NCBI GenBank assembly: GCA_965223855.1
Contig: CBDCXM010000009.1
Coordinates: 864,001-928,000, forward strand
DNA length: 64,000 bases
From: Candidatus Multivoradales bacterium
GTDB lineage: Bacteria > Acidobacteriota > Thermoanaerobaculia > Multivoradales > JAHEKO01
Direction: 5' to 3'
The number at the start of each line of letters is the position of its first letter. Within the stretch, counting starts at the first letter, position 1. Both the position numbers and the translations under genes were made by a program. Shown here one piece after another: positions 1-9,174 of the stretch. The notes under the pieces are model-generated. The model saw only the letters and a list, made by a program, of their open reading frames with translations. It searched no databases and was not told the DNA's origin.

Positions 1-848
1 TGGCGATCGAGGAGGCGATCGCCGTCGAGGGGGACGCGCGGCTCGGCGGTGCTCCCGCAATCCTCGCGCCCGGTGAGGAGGTGACGGTGACGGTCGAGCA
101 ACCGCTCCAGGGGATGCTCGGGGTGACCTCGCGCCGCTACGCGCTCGTCACCGACGAGCCGGGAGTCGCCCGCTATCGCTTCTCGCTCACCGGTTTCGTC
201 GAGTCGGCCTTCGAGCCGGAGATCCCCACCCTGCAGTTCGGCAAGGTGGGGAGCGGGCTCGGCATCGCGACGGTGGAGGTCGTCAGCCGCGAGGTCGAAG
301 AGCTGCAGGTCCGCCCGGTCGGTCCGCTGCCGGGCGAGATGGCGATCGAGGTAGCGAGCGTCGAAGGGGACCCTCAGGCGCTGACCCTCGAGGCCGTGCT
401 CGCGCCGGACGCTCCGCTCGGGATCACCGAGGGCGCCTTCCTGCTCGAGACCAACGTGCCGACGCATCCCGAGCTCGAGGTGCGCTACGGCTACGCCTAC
501 TACGGAGCCGTCGTGCCGGAGCGCAATCCGCTGATGGTGCTGCCGGCCGAAGCGGGGACGCCGATGGAGGATTCGTTCCGTCTCGTTTCCGAGGAGCCGT
601 TCGAGATCGTGTCGGTGGAGGCGGACTTCGAAGTGGTGACACTGGAGAGCACCCCCTGCGCCGGCGACTCGCCTTCGAGCTGCTGGACGATTCGCTTCCG
701 CACACCGCCGCGTGCGATCGGCCCCTTTGCGGGCTCGCTCGAAGTGGTCGTGGCCGGCGAGTCGCGGCCCCTGCCGCTGCGGGTTCTCGGCATCGGGATC
801 CCACCGGGGACCGAGCTCAAGACCATCGACATCTCGGGAGGAGCCTGA
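1..848 (+). CDS. 5'-truncated beta-rich protein with Ig-like (DUF1573/PapD-like) modules
   Basis: The frame of ORF 81..848 is open back to the window edge (AIEEAIAVEGDARLGGAPAILAPGEEVTVTV). Repeated Ig-like patterns such as ILAPGEEVTV and GxFLLETN. Stop at 848 abuts the next ATG. Confidence 0.6.
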   Translation, partial: AIEEAIAVEGDARLGGAPAILAPGEEVTVTVEQPLQGMLGVTSRRYALVTDEPGVARYRFSLTGFVESAFEPEIPTLQFGKVGSGLGIATVEVVSREVEELQVRPVGPLPGEMAIEVASVEGDPQALTLEAVLAPDAPLGITEGAFLLETNVPTHPELEVRYGYAYYGAVVPERNPLMVLPAEAGTPMEDSFRLVSEEPFEIVSVEADFEVVTLESTPCAGDSPSSCWTIRFRTPPRAIGPFAGSLEVVVAGESRPLPLRVLGIGIPPGTELKTIDISGGA

Positions 849-849
849 G

Positions 850-1266
850 ATGAGGATGGCAAGCACCCTTCTGTGCGCGATCGTGCTGTCCGTCCCGGCG
901 GCGATGGCAGCCGAGGAAGACGCGGCCCTGCCGAGGCTCGAGTGGCGCGCGCAGCACGAGGAGGCACTCTACGGCTACCTCGTCTATCGCTCCGAAGCCC
1001 GCTCGGGTCCCTTCCTCAGGGTCTCGAAGAAGATCGTCCGGGTGCCCGAGGACGGTTCGACCTCTCATAGTTACGAGTTCGTCGATGCGACCGCCGAACC
1101 GTGCCGCACCTACTACTACTACCTCGACCAGGTGCTGAGGAACGGAGCGAAGTCGAGATTCTCCGGGGTGCTGGCGAAGGAGACGGCTTGTCCGGCGGAA
1201 GGCGAGGCGTCGACGTCCGATGCGGCCGGGCGTCGGGCCGCCGACGGCACGTCCGAAGACAGTTGA
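850..1266 (+). CDS. Small secreted FN3-like protein
   Basis: ATG at 850 after GGAGGAG. Signal peptide MRMASTLLCAIVLSVPAAMA, then LEW...GYLVYRS...YEFVDATAEPCRTYYYYL, a typical FN3-like pattern. Confidence 0.7.
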   Translation: MRMASTLLCAIVLSVPAAMAAEEDAALPRLEWRAQHEEALYGYLVYRSEARSGPFLRVSKKIVRVPEDGSTSHSYEFVDATAEPCRTYYYYLDQVLRNGAKSRFSGVLAKETACPAEGEASTSDAAGRRAADGTSEDS

Positions 1267-3083
1267 GCACGCGCCGGCGACGCGAATGGCGGGCCCTGGC
1301 GGTGGCGGGGTCGCTCGTCTGGATCGGAGCAGCCGGATCCGCGGCCGGATCAACAGCCGAGCCTCAGCCCGGCCTTGGCGCTGCTCGAGACGAGCTCGCC
1401 GGACCTGAGGTCTCCAGGCCCGATGTCCTGGTCATCACCATCGACACCCTGCGCCCCGACGCGGTGGGGGCGATCGGCGGTAGCAACGAGACGCCTCATC
1501 TCGACCGTCTGATCTCCGAGGGGGTGCTGTTCGACGGCGCGGTCTCACCGTTGCCGCTCACCCTGCCCGCTCACACCTCACTCTTCTCCGGGCTGCTGCC
1601 GGCGCGTCACGGCTTGCGGGACAACGGGCAGACCGTCGCGCCCGGCACCGGGCTGCTGGCGGAGCAGTTGAGGGAGGTGGGCTACACCACGGCGGCGTTC
1701 GTCAGCGGCTTCCCGCTCGAGAGCGTCTTCGGCCTCGATCGCGGTTTCGACCACTACGACGACGCCCTCGTCGACGGGCCCGCCGGGCGGCTCGAACGCC
1801 CCGCCGACCGCACGGCCGATGCGGCGATCGCCTGGCTCGAGGAGGCCGCGTCGCCGTGGTTCGTCTGGGTCCACTTCTACGACCCTCACGATCCGTACGA
1901 GCCGCCGCGCGCCTTCTGGAAGCCGGGGACGCGAGGGGCCTACGACGGTGAAGTGACCTTCGTCGACGAAGCGATCGGCCGTCTCGCCGCCGTCACGGCG
2001 CCCCGGCCGACGCTCACCGTCGTCACCGCGGATCACGGCGAGGCACTCGGCGAGCACGCCGAGAAGACGCACGGCTACTTCGTCTACGACTCGACGATGC
2101 TGGTACCTCTGCTGTTCCACTTCCCGGAGCGGATCGCGCCGGCGCGGCTCGGAGCCGCGGCACGACTCATCGACGTCGCACCGACCCTGCTCGACCTGCT
2201 CGATGTCCGGGGGTCAGGCGTCGAGGCGCCGGGAGCGGTCGACGGGGTGTCGCTGCGCTCGGCGTTCGAGGGGCAGCTGCCGGTCGTACCGCCCGCCATC
2301 CTCGAGACCTTCCTCCCCTGGACCTACTTCGGCTGGTCGCCGCTGCGTGCGATCCGCACCGGGAAGTGGAAGCTCATCGAAGCGCCGAGACCGGAGCTCT
2401 ACGACCTGACCGCCGACCCCGGCGAGACCACCAACGTACTGTCGAGCCATCGACAGCAGGCTCGCCTCCTGGCCGAGCAGCTCGGGGACCTGGGTGCGGG
2501 AGAGTCGTCGACACCGGCTGCGGTCGAGGACCCCGAGACGGTCGAGAAACTGCGGGCTCTCGGTTACACCGTCTCGCCACGCCGCGAGCCGCCGCGTCGG
2601 GGACTTCCCGACCCCAAGGATCGCATCGCGCTGCGAGACCGGCTCACCCTGGCAGAGGACCTTCTGGCGAGCGGCCGAGTCGCCGAGGCGGCGACGCTCT
2701 TCGAGGAGGTGCTCGCCGTCGAGGCCGACAATCGAGCCGCGCTGCTGCGCTCGGGAGTGACGGCGCTCCGGCGGGGCGACCTCGAGCTCGCCGAGGAGCG
2801 GCTCGGCCGCTCGATCGAGCTCGACCCGCACCGGGCGGAGGCGCGCTTCGCTCTCGGTGACACCCTGATGCGGCGCGAACGCTGGGCCGAGGCGGCGCAG
2901 CAGTGGATGGAGGTCGCGCGTCTGCAGCCGCGACGGGTGGAGGCGTGGGCGAATCTCGCGCAGGCCCAATGCGCCGCCGGGCAACCGGAGCTGGCGAAGT
3001 CCGCACGGCGCGAGGCGCTGGCGCTCGAGCCGGAGACCGAGGAGCGTCTTCCCGAGTGCGGCGCCGTGAAGAGTTCAGGCTAA
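1263..3083 (+). CDS. Sulfatase-like hydrolase (alkaline phosphatase superfamily) with C-terminal TPR repeats
   Basis: Motifs ITIDTLRPD, TLPAHTSLFSG, HFYDPH, ADHGE, ELYDLxxDPGE, LRALGY, followed by helical TPR repeats. Probable TTG start at 1263 overlapping the upstream TGA. Confidence 0.88.
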   Translation: MSTRRRREWRALAVAGSLVWIGAAGSAAGSTAEPQPGLGAARDELAGPEVSRPDVLVITIDTLRPDAVGAIGGSNETPHLDRLISEGVLFDGAVSPLPLTLPAHTSLFSGLLPARHGLRDNGQTVAPGTGLLAEQLREVGYTTAAFVSGFPLESVFGLDRGFDHYDDALVDGPAGRLERPADRTADAAIAWLEEAASPWFVWVHFYDPHDPYEPPRAFWKPGTRGAYDGEVTFVDEAIGRLAAVTAPRPTLTVVTADHGEALGEHAEKTHGYFVYDSTMLVPLLFHFPERIAPARLGAAARLIDVAPTLLDLLDVRGSGVEAPGAVDGVSLRSAFEGQLPVVPPAILETFLPWTYFGWSPLRAIRTGKWKLIEAPRPELYDLTADPGETTNVLSSHRQQARLLAEQLGDLGAGESSTPAAVEDPETVEKLRALGYTVSPRREPPRRGLPDPKDRIALRDRLTLAEDLLASGRVAEAATLFEEVLAVEADNRAALLRSGVTALRRGDLELAEERLGRSIELDPHRAEARFALGDTLMRRERWAEAAQQWMEVARLQPRRVEAWANLAQAQCAAGQPELAKSARREALALEPETEERLPECGAVKSSG

Positions 3084-3157
3084 GATCAAGCGCCCCTGAA
3101 TCAGCCCTGTTCGCGGCGACCGCTCGCGAACTGCTGCGACCAACTACGGAGTTCGCG

Positions 3158-6100
3158 ATGAGATCAGCCTTCCCGACGTCCTGTGTCCGAGCGTTGTGGG
3201 TGGGAGCCACGATGATGGTGCTGCTCGCTTCGGCAGTTGCCGCCGAGCCGCCCTCGCCGCCGCCCTACTACGCGATCACGAACGTCACCGTCGCCACCGG
3301 CGACGGCCGCACCCTCGAAGGAGCCACGGTGCTGGTGGCCGACGGCCTGATCGAGGCGGTTGGCAGCAGCGTCTCCGTGCCGGGCGACGCCTGGACGATC
3401 GACGGCAGCGGGCTCTACCTCTACCCCGGCCTGATCGACGGCATGTCGACGCTCGGCCAGGCCTCCGGTGGCGGCGAGTCGGACGACGACTCGGGCGGCA
3501 ACCCCTTCGCCTCCGACGGCCCGGAGATCCGCGGCCCCGAGGACCGGCCGAAGACGACCCCGTGGGTCAGCGCCGCCGATCTGCTTGGCGACGACAGCCG
3601 GGTCGAGAAGTGGCGCGACGCCGGTTTCACCGCGGCGATGTCGGTGCCGGAGAGCGGCATTTTCGGCGGCAGCGCGAGCCTGGTGCACCTGGGCGACGTC
3701 GAGCCGCGCGAGCGGGTAGTGGCGACCGGGCTCGCTCAGCGAGTGGCGCTCGAGACCGGCGGCTTCCGCAACTATCCCGGCTCGCTGATGGGGGTCATCT
3801 CCTATGTGCGGCAGGTGCTCTCCGACGCCGACCACTATGCCCAGGCGAGCGCCGCCTACGAGCGCGCTCCGGCGGGCCGCAAGCGCCCTGAGTACGACCG
3901 CACGCTCGAGCCTCTGGTGACGGCGCGAGCCGCCGGCGTGCGCTTCCTGCTGCCGGCCGACAACGGCCAGGAGATCGATCGGGCGCTGGCGATCGGCAGC
4001 GACTACGACCTGTCGACCGTGATCTACGGCGCCCGCGGCGCCTACGCCCGGACCGGGCGCCTCGAAAACGCCGGTGTCGCCGTGCTGGTCAGCCCCGACT
4101 GGCCCGAGGAGGAGAAGGACCGCGACCCGGATGCCGACACCGACTTCCGCGACTACTACCACCGGCGGATGGCGCCGACGACCCCCGCCGCGCTCGCCGA
4201 GGCGGGCGTCGACTTCGCCTTCTACTCGCACGGCATCGCCGGCTCCGACGCCTTCTTCGAGGGGGTGCGCGCGGCGATCGAAGCCGGCCTGTCGGAGGAC
4301 GACGCCCTGGCGGCGCTGACCTCCGCGCCGGCCAAGATCTTCGGCGTCGGCGACCGGGTCGGCACCGTCGAGCGCGGCAAGATCGCCAACCTGGTGCTCG
4401 CGACCGGCCCGCTGTGGGCCGAGGACACCGAGATCGAGGCGGTGTTCGTCGATGGCCGGAAGTATCAGGAGCGCGAGAGCGAGGAGCCGACCGAGGCCCC
4501 CGAGGGCGACGCTTCAGGGACCTGGTCGCTGGCCCTCGTGACGCCCGGCGGTACGCGCGACATGACCGCCGAGCTCGAGATGGACGACGAGGGCAAGGTG
4601 ACCGGTGAGCTCTCGAGCGAGATGGGCTCGAGCTCGGTCGACGACGGCCGGCTCTCCGGCACCCAGCTGCGCTTCAAGACGACGCGCGAGATGGCGGGTC
4701 GCAGCATGGAGGCGTCGTTCTCGATGGAGCTCGACGGCGACACGCTCTCCGGCACGATGAGCGCCGGCCCGATGGCGATGGATATCTCCGGCGAGCGCAC
4801 CGCGCAGGCGGCCGACGCGAGCGAGGAGGGCGACGACGAGGCCGCGGCGGACGACGTCTCCCTCGCCGAGCTCGCCGAAGCGATGGAGGTCTACCAGGGG
4901 CCGGTCAGGAAGCTCGACACCTTCGCGATCATGAACGCCCGCATCTACACCGTGACGGGCGAGACGATCGACAACGGCTCGGTGCTCGTGCGGGACGGCA
5001 AGATCGCCGCGGTGGGTCTCGAGCTGCGGCTGCCGAGCGACGTCGAGATCTTCGACGCCGCGGGCGGGTCGCTCGTCCCCGGGATCTTCGACGCCCATGC
5101 TCACATCGCCGTCGACGGCAGCGTCAACGAAGGGTCGCTCGCGGTGACGTCGATGGTCGGTACCGGTGACGTGATCGACCCCGACGACATCGCGATCTAC
5201 CGCGCGCTCGCCGGCGGGGTGACGACCGCCAACATCCTCCACGGCTCCGCCAACCCGATCGGCGGCCGCAACCAGCTCATCAAGCTGCGCTGGGGAATGG
5301 ACGCCGAGGGAATGAAGTTCGCCGGCGCCCCCAAGGGGATCAAGTTCGCTCTCGGTGAGAATCCGAAGCGCTCGAACTTTCGCTCGCCGGCGATTCCGCA
5401 GCGCTACCCGCAGACCCGGATGGGCGTGATCGACGTCATCCGGCGCGCCTTCACCGAGGCGAAGGCCTATCAGGCCGAGTGGCAGGAGTGGGAGGCAACG
5501 CCGGCAGGGAAGCGCGGTGTCGCCCCGCGGCGCGACTTCAAGCTCGAGGCGCTGGTCGAGATCCTCGAGGGCGAGAGGCTGGTGCACTCGCACAGCTACC
5601 GCGCCGACGAGATCCTGCAGCTGATCCGCCTTGCCGAGGAGTTCGGCTTCACCGTCGCGACCTTCCAGCACGTGCTCGAGGGCTACAAGGTGGCCGACGA
5701 GCTGGCTGCTCACGGCGCCGGCGCTTCGACCTTCTCCGACTGGTGGGGCTACAAGGTCGAGGCCTACGACGCCATCCCCCACAACGCGGCGCTGATGACC
5801 GAGCGCGGCGTGGTCGTGTCGATCAACTCCGACAGCGGTGAGGAGATGCGCCACCTCAACCAGGAGGCGGCGAAGGCGGTCAAGTGGGGCGGCATGAGCG
5901 AGGTCGAGGCGTTGAAGCTCGTGACGCTCAACCCGGCGATCCAGTTCGGCGTCGACGACCGGATCGGCTCGATCGAGGTCGGCAAGGATGCCGACCTGGT
6001 GCTCTACGACGGCCCGCCGCTGTCGATCTCCTCTGTGGTGCAGAAGACCTTCGTCGACGGCGACCTCTACTTCGACATCGACGCCGATCGTGAGCGCCAG

Positions 6101-6256
6101 GCGCTGATCGACGAGCTCGAAGAGCGCCTCGGCGGCGGTGACGAAGAGGAGACGGACGAAGAAGAGGGTGAAGGCTCCGAAGAGGAGGAGGTCAAGGCAC
6201 CCGACCCGCCGGAAACGATCGCGCTCGAGGCCGGGCGCTCGGAGGAGGTGAGCTGA
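3158..6256 (+). CDS. Secreted double-domain amidohydrolase family protein
   Basis: Signal peptide from ATG 3158. Two amidohydrolase modules (YPGLIDG...GTVERGKIANLV and PGIFDAHAH...HSYRADE...HVLEGY...INSD...GSIEVGKDADLV) separated by a beta-rich linker domain. Confidence 0.88.
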   Translation: MRSAFPTSCVRALWVGATMMVLLASAVAAEPPSPPPYYAITNVTVATGDGRTLEGATVLVADGLIEAVGSSVSVPGDAWTIDGSGLYLYPGLIDGMSTLGQASGGGESDDDSGGNPFASDGPEIRGPEDRPKTTPWVSAADLLGDDSRVEKWRDAGFTAAMSVPESGIFGGSASLVHLGDVEPRERVVATGLAQRVALETGGFRNYPGSLMGVISYVRQVLSDADHYAQASAAYERAPAGRKRPEYDRTLEPLVTARAAGVRFLLPADNGQEIDRALAIGSDYDLSTVIYGARGAYARTGRLENAGVAVLVSPDWPEEEKDRDPDADTDFRDYYHRRMAPTTPAALAEAGVDFAFYSHGIAGSDAFFEGVRAAIEAGLSEDDALAALTSAPAKIFGVGDRVGTVERGKIANLVLATGPLWAEDTEIEAVFVDGRKYQERESEEPTEAPEGDASGTWSLALVTPGGTRDMTAELEMDDEGKVTGELSSEMGSSSVDDGRLSGTQLRFKTTREMAGRSMEASFSMELDGDTLSGTMSAGPMAMDISGERTAQAADASEEGDDEAAADDVSLAELAEAMEVYQGPVRKLDTFAIMNARIYTVTGETIDNGSVLVRDGKIAAVGLELRLPSDVEIFDAAGGSLVPGIFDAHAHIAVDGSVNEGSLAVTSMVGTGDVIDPDDIAIYRALAGGVTTANILHGSANPIGGRNQLIKLRWGMDAEGMKFAGAPKGIKFALGENPKRSNFRSPAIPQRYPQTRMGVIDVIRRAFTEAKAYQAEWQEWEATPAGKRGVAPRRDFKLEALVEILEGERLVHSHSYRADEILQLIRLAEEFGFTVATFQHVLEGYKVADELAAHGAGASTFSDWWGYKVEAYDAIPHNAALMTERGVVVSINSDSGEEMRHLNQEAAKAVKWGGMSEVEALKLVTLNPAIQFGVDDRIGSIEVGKDADLVLYDGPPLSISSVVQKTFVDGDLYFDIDADRERQALIDELEERLGGGDEEETDEEEGEGSEEEEVKAPDPPETIALEAGRSEEVS

Positions 6257-7560
6257 TGCGCCGCAACCGGAATCTGATTCTTGCCCTCGCCGTCGTCGCG
6301 GCATCGACGCCCTTTGCCGGAGCCGAGAGCCTCGCCATCACCGGCGGCACCGTCCATCCGGTCTCGGGCGAGTCGTTCGTCGGTACCGTGGTGATCGAAG
6401 ACGGCGTCATCGCCGCCGCCGGAGCCGATCTCGACGTCGTGACCGACGCCACGATCGACGCGACCGGTCTCCACGTCTATCCCGGGCTCTTCGACGCCTT
6501 CAGCCAGCTCGGTCTGGTGGAGGTCAACGCGGTCGCGGCGACCGACGACCAGGCGGAGATGGGGACCTACAACCCGCACCTGCGCGCCGCCACGGCGATC
6601 CACCCGGCGAGCCGGGTCCTCGGCGTGACCCGCGCCAACGGCATCACCCACTCGGTGGTCGCACCGCAGGCCGACGGCGACGGCGTCATCTCCGGTCAGG
6701 CGGTGCTGGTGAACCTCGACGGCTGGACGGTCGAGGAGATGACCGTCGAGCCCGACGTCGCAATGATCGTCTACTGGCCCGAGATCCAGACCCGCAGCTT
6801 CGACTTCTCCACCTTCAGCGTGCGCGAAACGCCGTTCGCAGAGGCGAAGGAGAAGGCGGAAGAGCAGGCCAACGAGCTGCGCGACTGGCTCGACGCCGCG
6901 CGCCACTACCACGCGGCCTCGACGGCCGACGGCAGTCGCGTCGAGCGCAATCTCGAGCTCGAGGCGCTCGCCGGCGTCCTCGATGGCGCTCAGAAAGTGC
7001 TCATCATGGCCGACGCCGAGCGTGACATCGAAGCGGCGGTCGAGTTCGCCGAAGAGCAGGGGCTCTCGATGATCCTCGGCGGCGGGCGCGACGCCTGGAA
7101 GGTGAAGGAGATGCTGGCCGAGAAGGGCATCGGCGTCGTGCTCGGCCTCACCCAGAGCCTGCCGAACAACGAGGACGACCCGTACGACCGGCCGTTCAGG
7201 AACCCCGGCCTGCTGGCCGAGGCGGGCGTCACCATCGCCTTCACCTCCGGCGCCGGCGGCGGCTTCGGCCCCGGCGGCCCCCACCAGTCGCGCACCACCC
7301 CGTACGAGGCCGGCACGGCCGCCGCCTACGGGCTCGACCGCGAGGCGGCCATCCGGGCGCTGACCCTCGGCCCGGCCGAGATCTACGGCGTCGCCGACCG
7401 CCTCGGCTCGATCGAACCGGGCAAGATCGCCAATCTCATCGTCACCGACGGCGATCCGCTGGAGATCACGACACAGGTCTTGCACCTGGTGATCGGCGGC
7501 CAGGAGGTCTCGACCGACAACTACCACCGCGACCTCTACGAGACCTATCGCGGGCGGTGA
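6256..7560 (+). CDS. Secreted amidohydrolase family protein, probably metal-site-degenerate partner subunit
   Basis: TGATG coupling to the upstream gene. Signal peptide, YPGLFDAFSQLGL (no HxH), GSIEPGKIANLIVTDGDPL. Confidence 0.85.
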   Translation: MRRNRNLILALAVVAASTPFAGAESLAITGGTVHPVSGESFVGTVVIEDGVIAAAGADLDVVTDATIDATGLHVYPGLFDAFSQLGLVEVNAVAATDDQAEMGTYNPHLRAATAIHPASRVLGVTRANGITHSVVAPQADGDGVISGQAVLVNLDGWTVEEMTVEPDVAMIVYWPEIQTRSFDFSTFSVRETPFAEAKEKAEEQANELRDWLDAARHYHAASTADGSRVERNLELEALAGVLDGAQKVLIMADAERDIEAAVEFAEEQGLSMILGGGRDAWKVKEMLAEKGIGVVLGLTQSLPNNEDDPYDRPFRNPGLLAEAGVTIAFTSGAGGGFGPGGPHQSRTTPYEAGTAAAYGLDREAAIRALTLGPAEIYGVADRLGSIEPGKIANLIVTDGDPLEITTQVLHLVIGGQEVSTDNYHRDLYETYRGR

Positions 7561-7567
7561 CACGGCG

Positions 7568-9091
7568 GTGAGTCGGTCCGGCAGCTCGGGAGAGGGGCCG
7601 GATCGGCCATTGCCTTCGAGCCAGGTACCGGCACGCCCCGGCGTCGCCCTCCGGCTCGGGGCGGCGCTCGTGCTGCTGCCGCTGGCCGTCCTCGTCCTGC
7701 TGGTCGCCCTCGACTGGCCGGCCGGGGACGGCGCCACCGAGGGCGATCACGCCCTGATCGAGCTGTCGGTCCGCGAAGCGGCGGCCGGCCGGCAGTGGAC
7801 CGGCGCCTACTCCCGCTGGGGTTGGGACCACCCGGGGCCGCTGTGGTTCTACCTGATGGTGCCCCTCTACCTCGCAACGGGAGGCTCCTCGTGGGGGCTG
7901 GCGCTCGGAGCGGCACTGCTCAACCTGCTTTGTGCGGCATTTCTCGTGGCCGTCGCGCTGCGGCGTTGCGGGAACGGGCTTGGCGGTTGGTTGGCGCTGT
8001 TCGTGCTGGCGCTCTTCTTCGCCGCCTTTCAGACGTACCACCCACCGCTGTCACTGATCTCGATCTGGAACCCGGTGGTCGCCGTTCTGCCGCTCGGAGC
8101 GTTGCTGGCGCTGGCGCTCCTTGGATCGGGCGGCCGCTGGGAGCTCTACACAGCGGTGGCGCTCCACGCCGTCGTCTGTCAGTCGCATGTGTCGCTGGTG
8201 GCTGTCGCGACAGTGGCGTTGCTGGCGGTGGGCGCCAGGGAGATTGGGGTTGCCAGGGACCGGATGCGACAGCTCGTCGGACCCGCACTGGCGATAGTGG
8301 CGCTCTGGTCGCTGCCGCTCCTGGACCTCCTCATCGGTCAACGCAACCTGATCGATCTTGCGCGCTTCCTGCTGGCGCCGCCCTACGAGGCGATCGGCCT
8401 CTCCCGGGCGATCGCCGAGGGGTCGGTCGCCTTTTCGCGACCGCTCTGGTTCCCGTTCGTCGAGCAGGCGCCGGCGTGGCTGGCTGGTCTCCTGAGCGCG
8501 GTCGTCGTTCCGTTCGTGATCTCGCGTTTCCGCTCGGGGGGTCGCCATGCCCGCGCGGCTCGGTTGTCGCTGCTACTCCTGGTCGTTGCCGCCGTCACTC
8601 TCGCGCGCGGCGACGCCGGCAACCTCTCTCACACGCGGTGGCTGCCGATGCTGACGACGCTCCTGCTGCTGGTCTCGTGTGCCGGCCTGACCGGACCGCG
8701 ACCTCGGCCCGTCGTGCGCTGGATCGGCATGATCGTGCTCTCAACGCTGGCCGTCTGGCAGCTCCTCTTCGTGGAGCCGCGTCTCGAGCGGATCCGCGAG
8801 ACGGTCGAGACGAAGCACAAGCGCTACGAGGATGTCGTCGCCGAACTCGGCGAGGAGGCCCTCGGCAGCGAGGTGCTCAGCACTTCGGGTTCGATGAACC
8901 GGCGCTTTCCCGGACTCGTCCTTGCGCTCTCGAAGCGGGGCGTCGCCGTGACGGTAGACGACTCGTGGGAAGCACAGTTCGGTCGTGCAGTGGCATACGG
9001 ACCTACCGCGACTCTGCAGGTGGAAGAGCTGCCGCTCGAGAGCCAGCCTCTGGCGGGCCGACAAGGGCTCTGGCTTTACCTGGTGCGGTAG
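7568..9091 (+). CDS. Polytopic membrane protein, GT-C fold glycosyltransferase-like
   Basis: About 10 hydrophobic segments. GD..LIEL and DHPGPLWFYL loop motifs, WNP and QSH motifs as in GT-C-like membrane proteins. Confidence 0.55.
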   Translation: MSRSGSSGEGPDRPLPSSQVPARPGVALRLGAALVLLPLAVLVLLVALDWPAGDGATEGDHALIELSVREAAAGRQWTGAYSRWGWDHPGPLWFYLMVPLYLATGGSSWGLALGAALLNLLCAAFLVAVALRRCGNGLGGWLALFVLALFFAAFQTYHPPLSLISIWNPVVAVLPLGALLALALLGSGGRWELYTAVALHAVVCQSHVSLVAVATVALLAVGAREIGVARDRMRQLVGPALAIVALWSLPLLDLLIGQRNLIDLARFLLAPPYEAIGLSRAIAEGSVAFSRPLWFPFVEQAPAWLAGLLSAVVVPFVISRFRSGGRHARAARLSLLLLVVAAVTLARGDAGNLSHTRWLPMLTTLLLLVSCAGLTGPRPRPVVRWIGMIVLSTLAVWQLLFVEPRLERIRETVETKHKRYEDVVAELGEEALGSEVLSTSGSMNRRFPGLVLALSKRGVAVTVDDSWEAQFGRAVAYGPTATLQVEELPLESQPLAGRQGLWLYLVR

Positions 9092-9174
9092 CGGATCGAG
9101 GCGCTCCGGAGCCCGGCTGCGGTGCTACCTTATGTTCCTGTTTCAAGGCGCCGACACTCCTATGGAGACCCTGC

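Noticed and set aside
7795-9174. Apparent 460-aa N-terminal extension of the Type ISP enzyme
   Set aside because: Arg/Gly/Ala-rich off-frame translation over the 7568-9091 membrane gene. An RBS and family-typical start lie at 9175.
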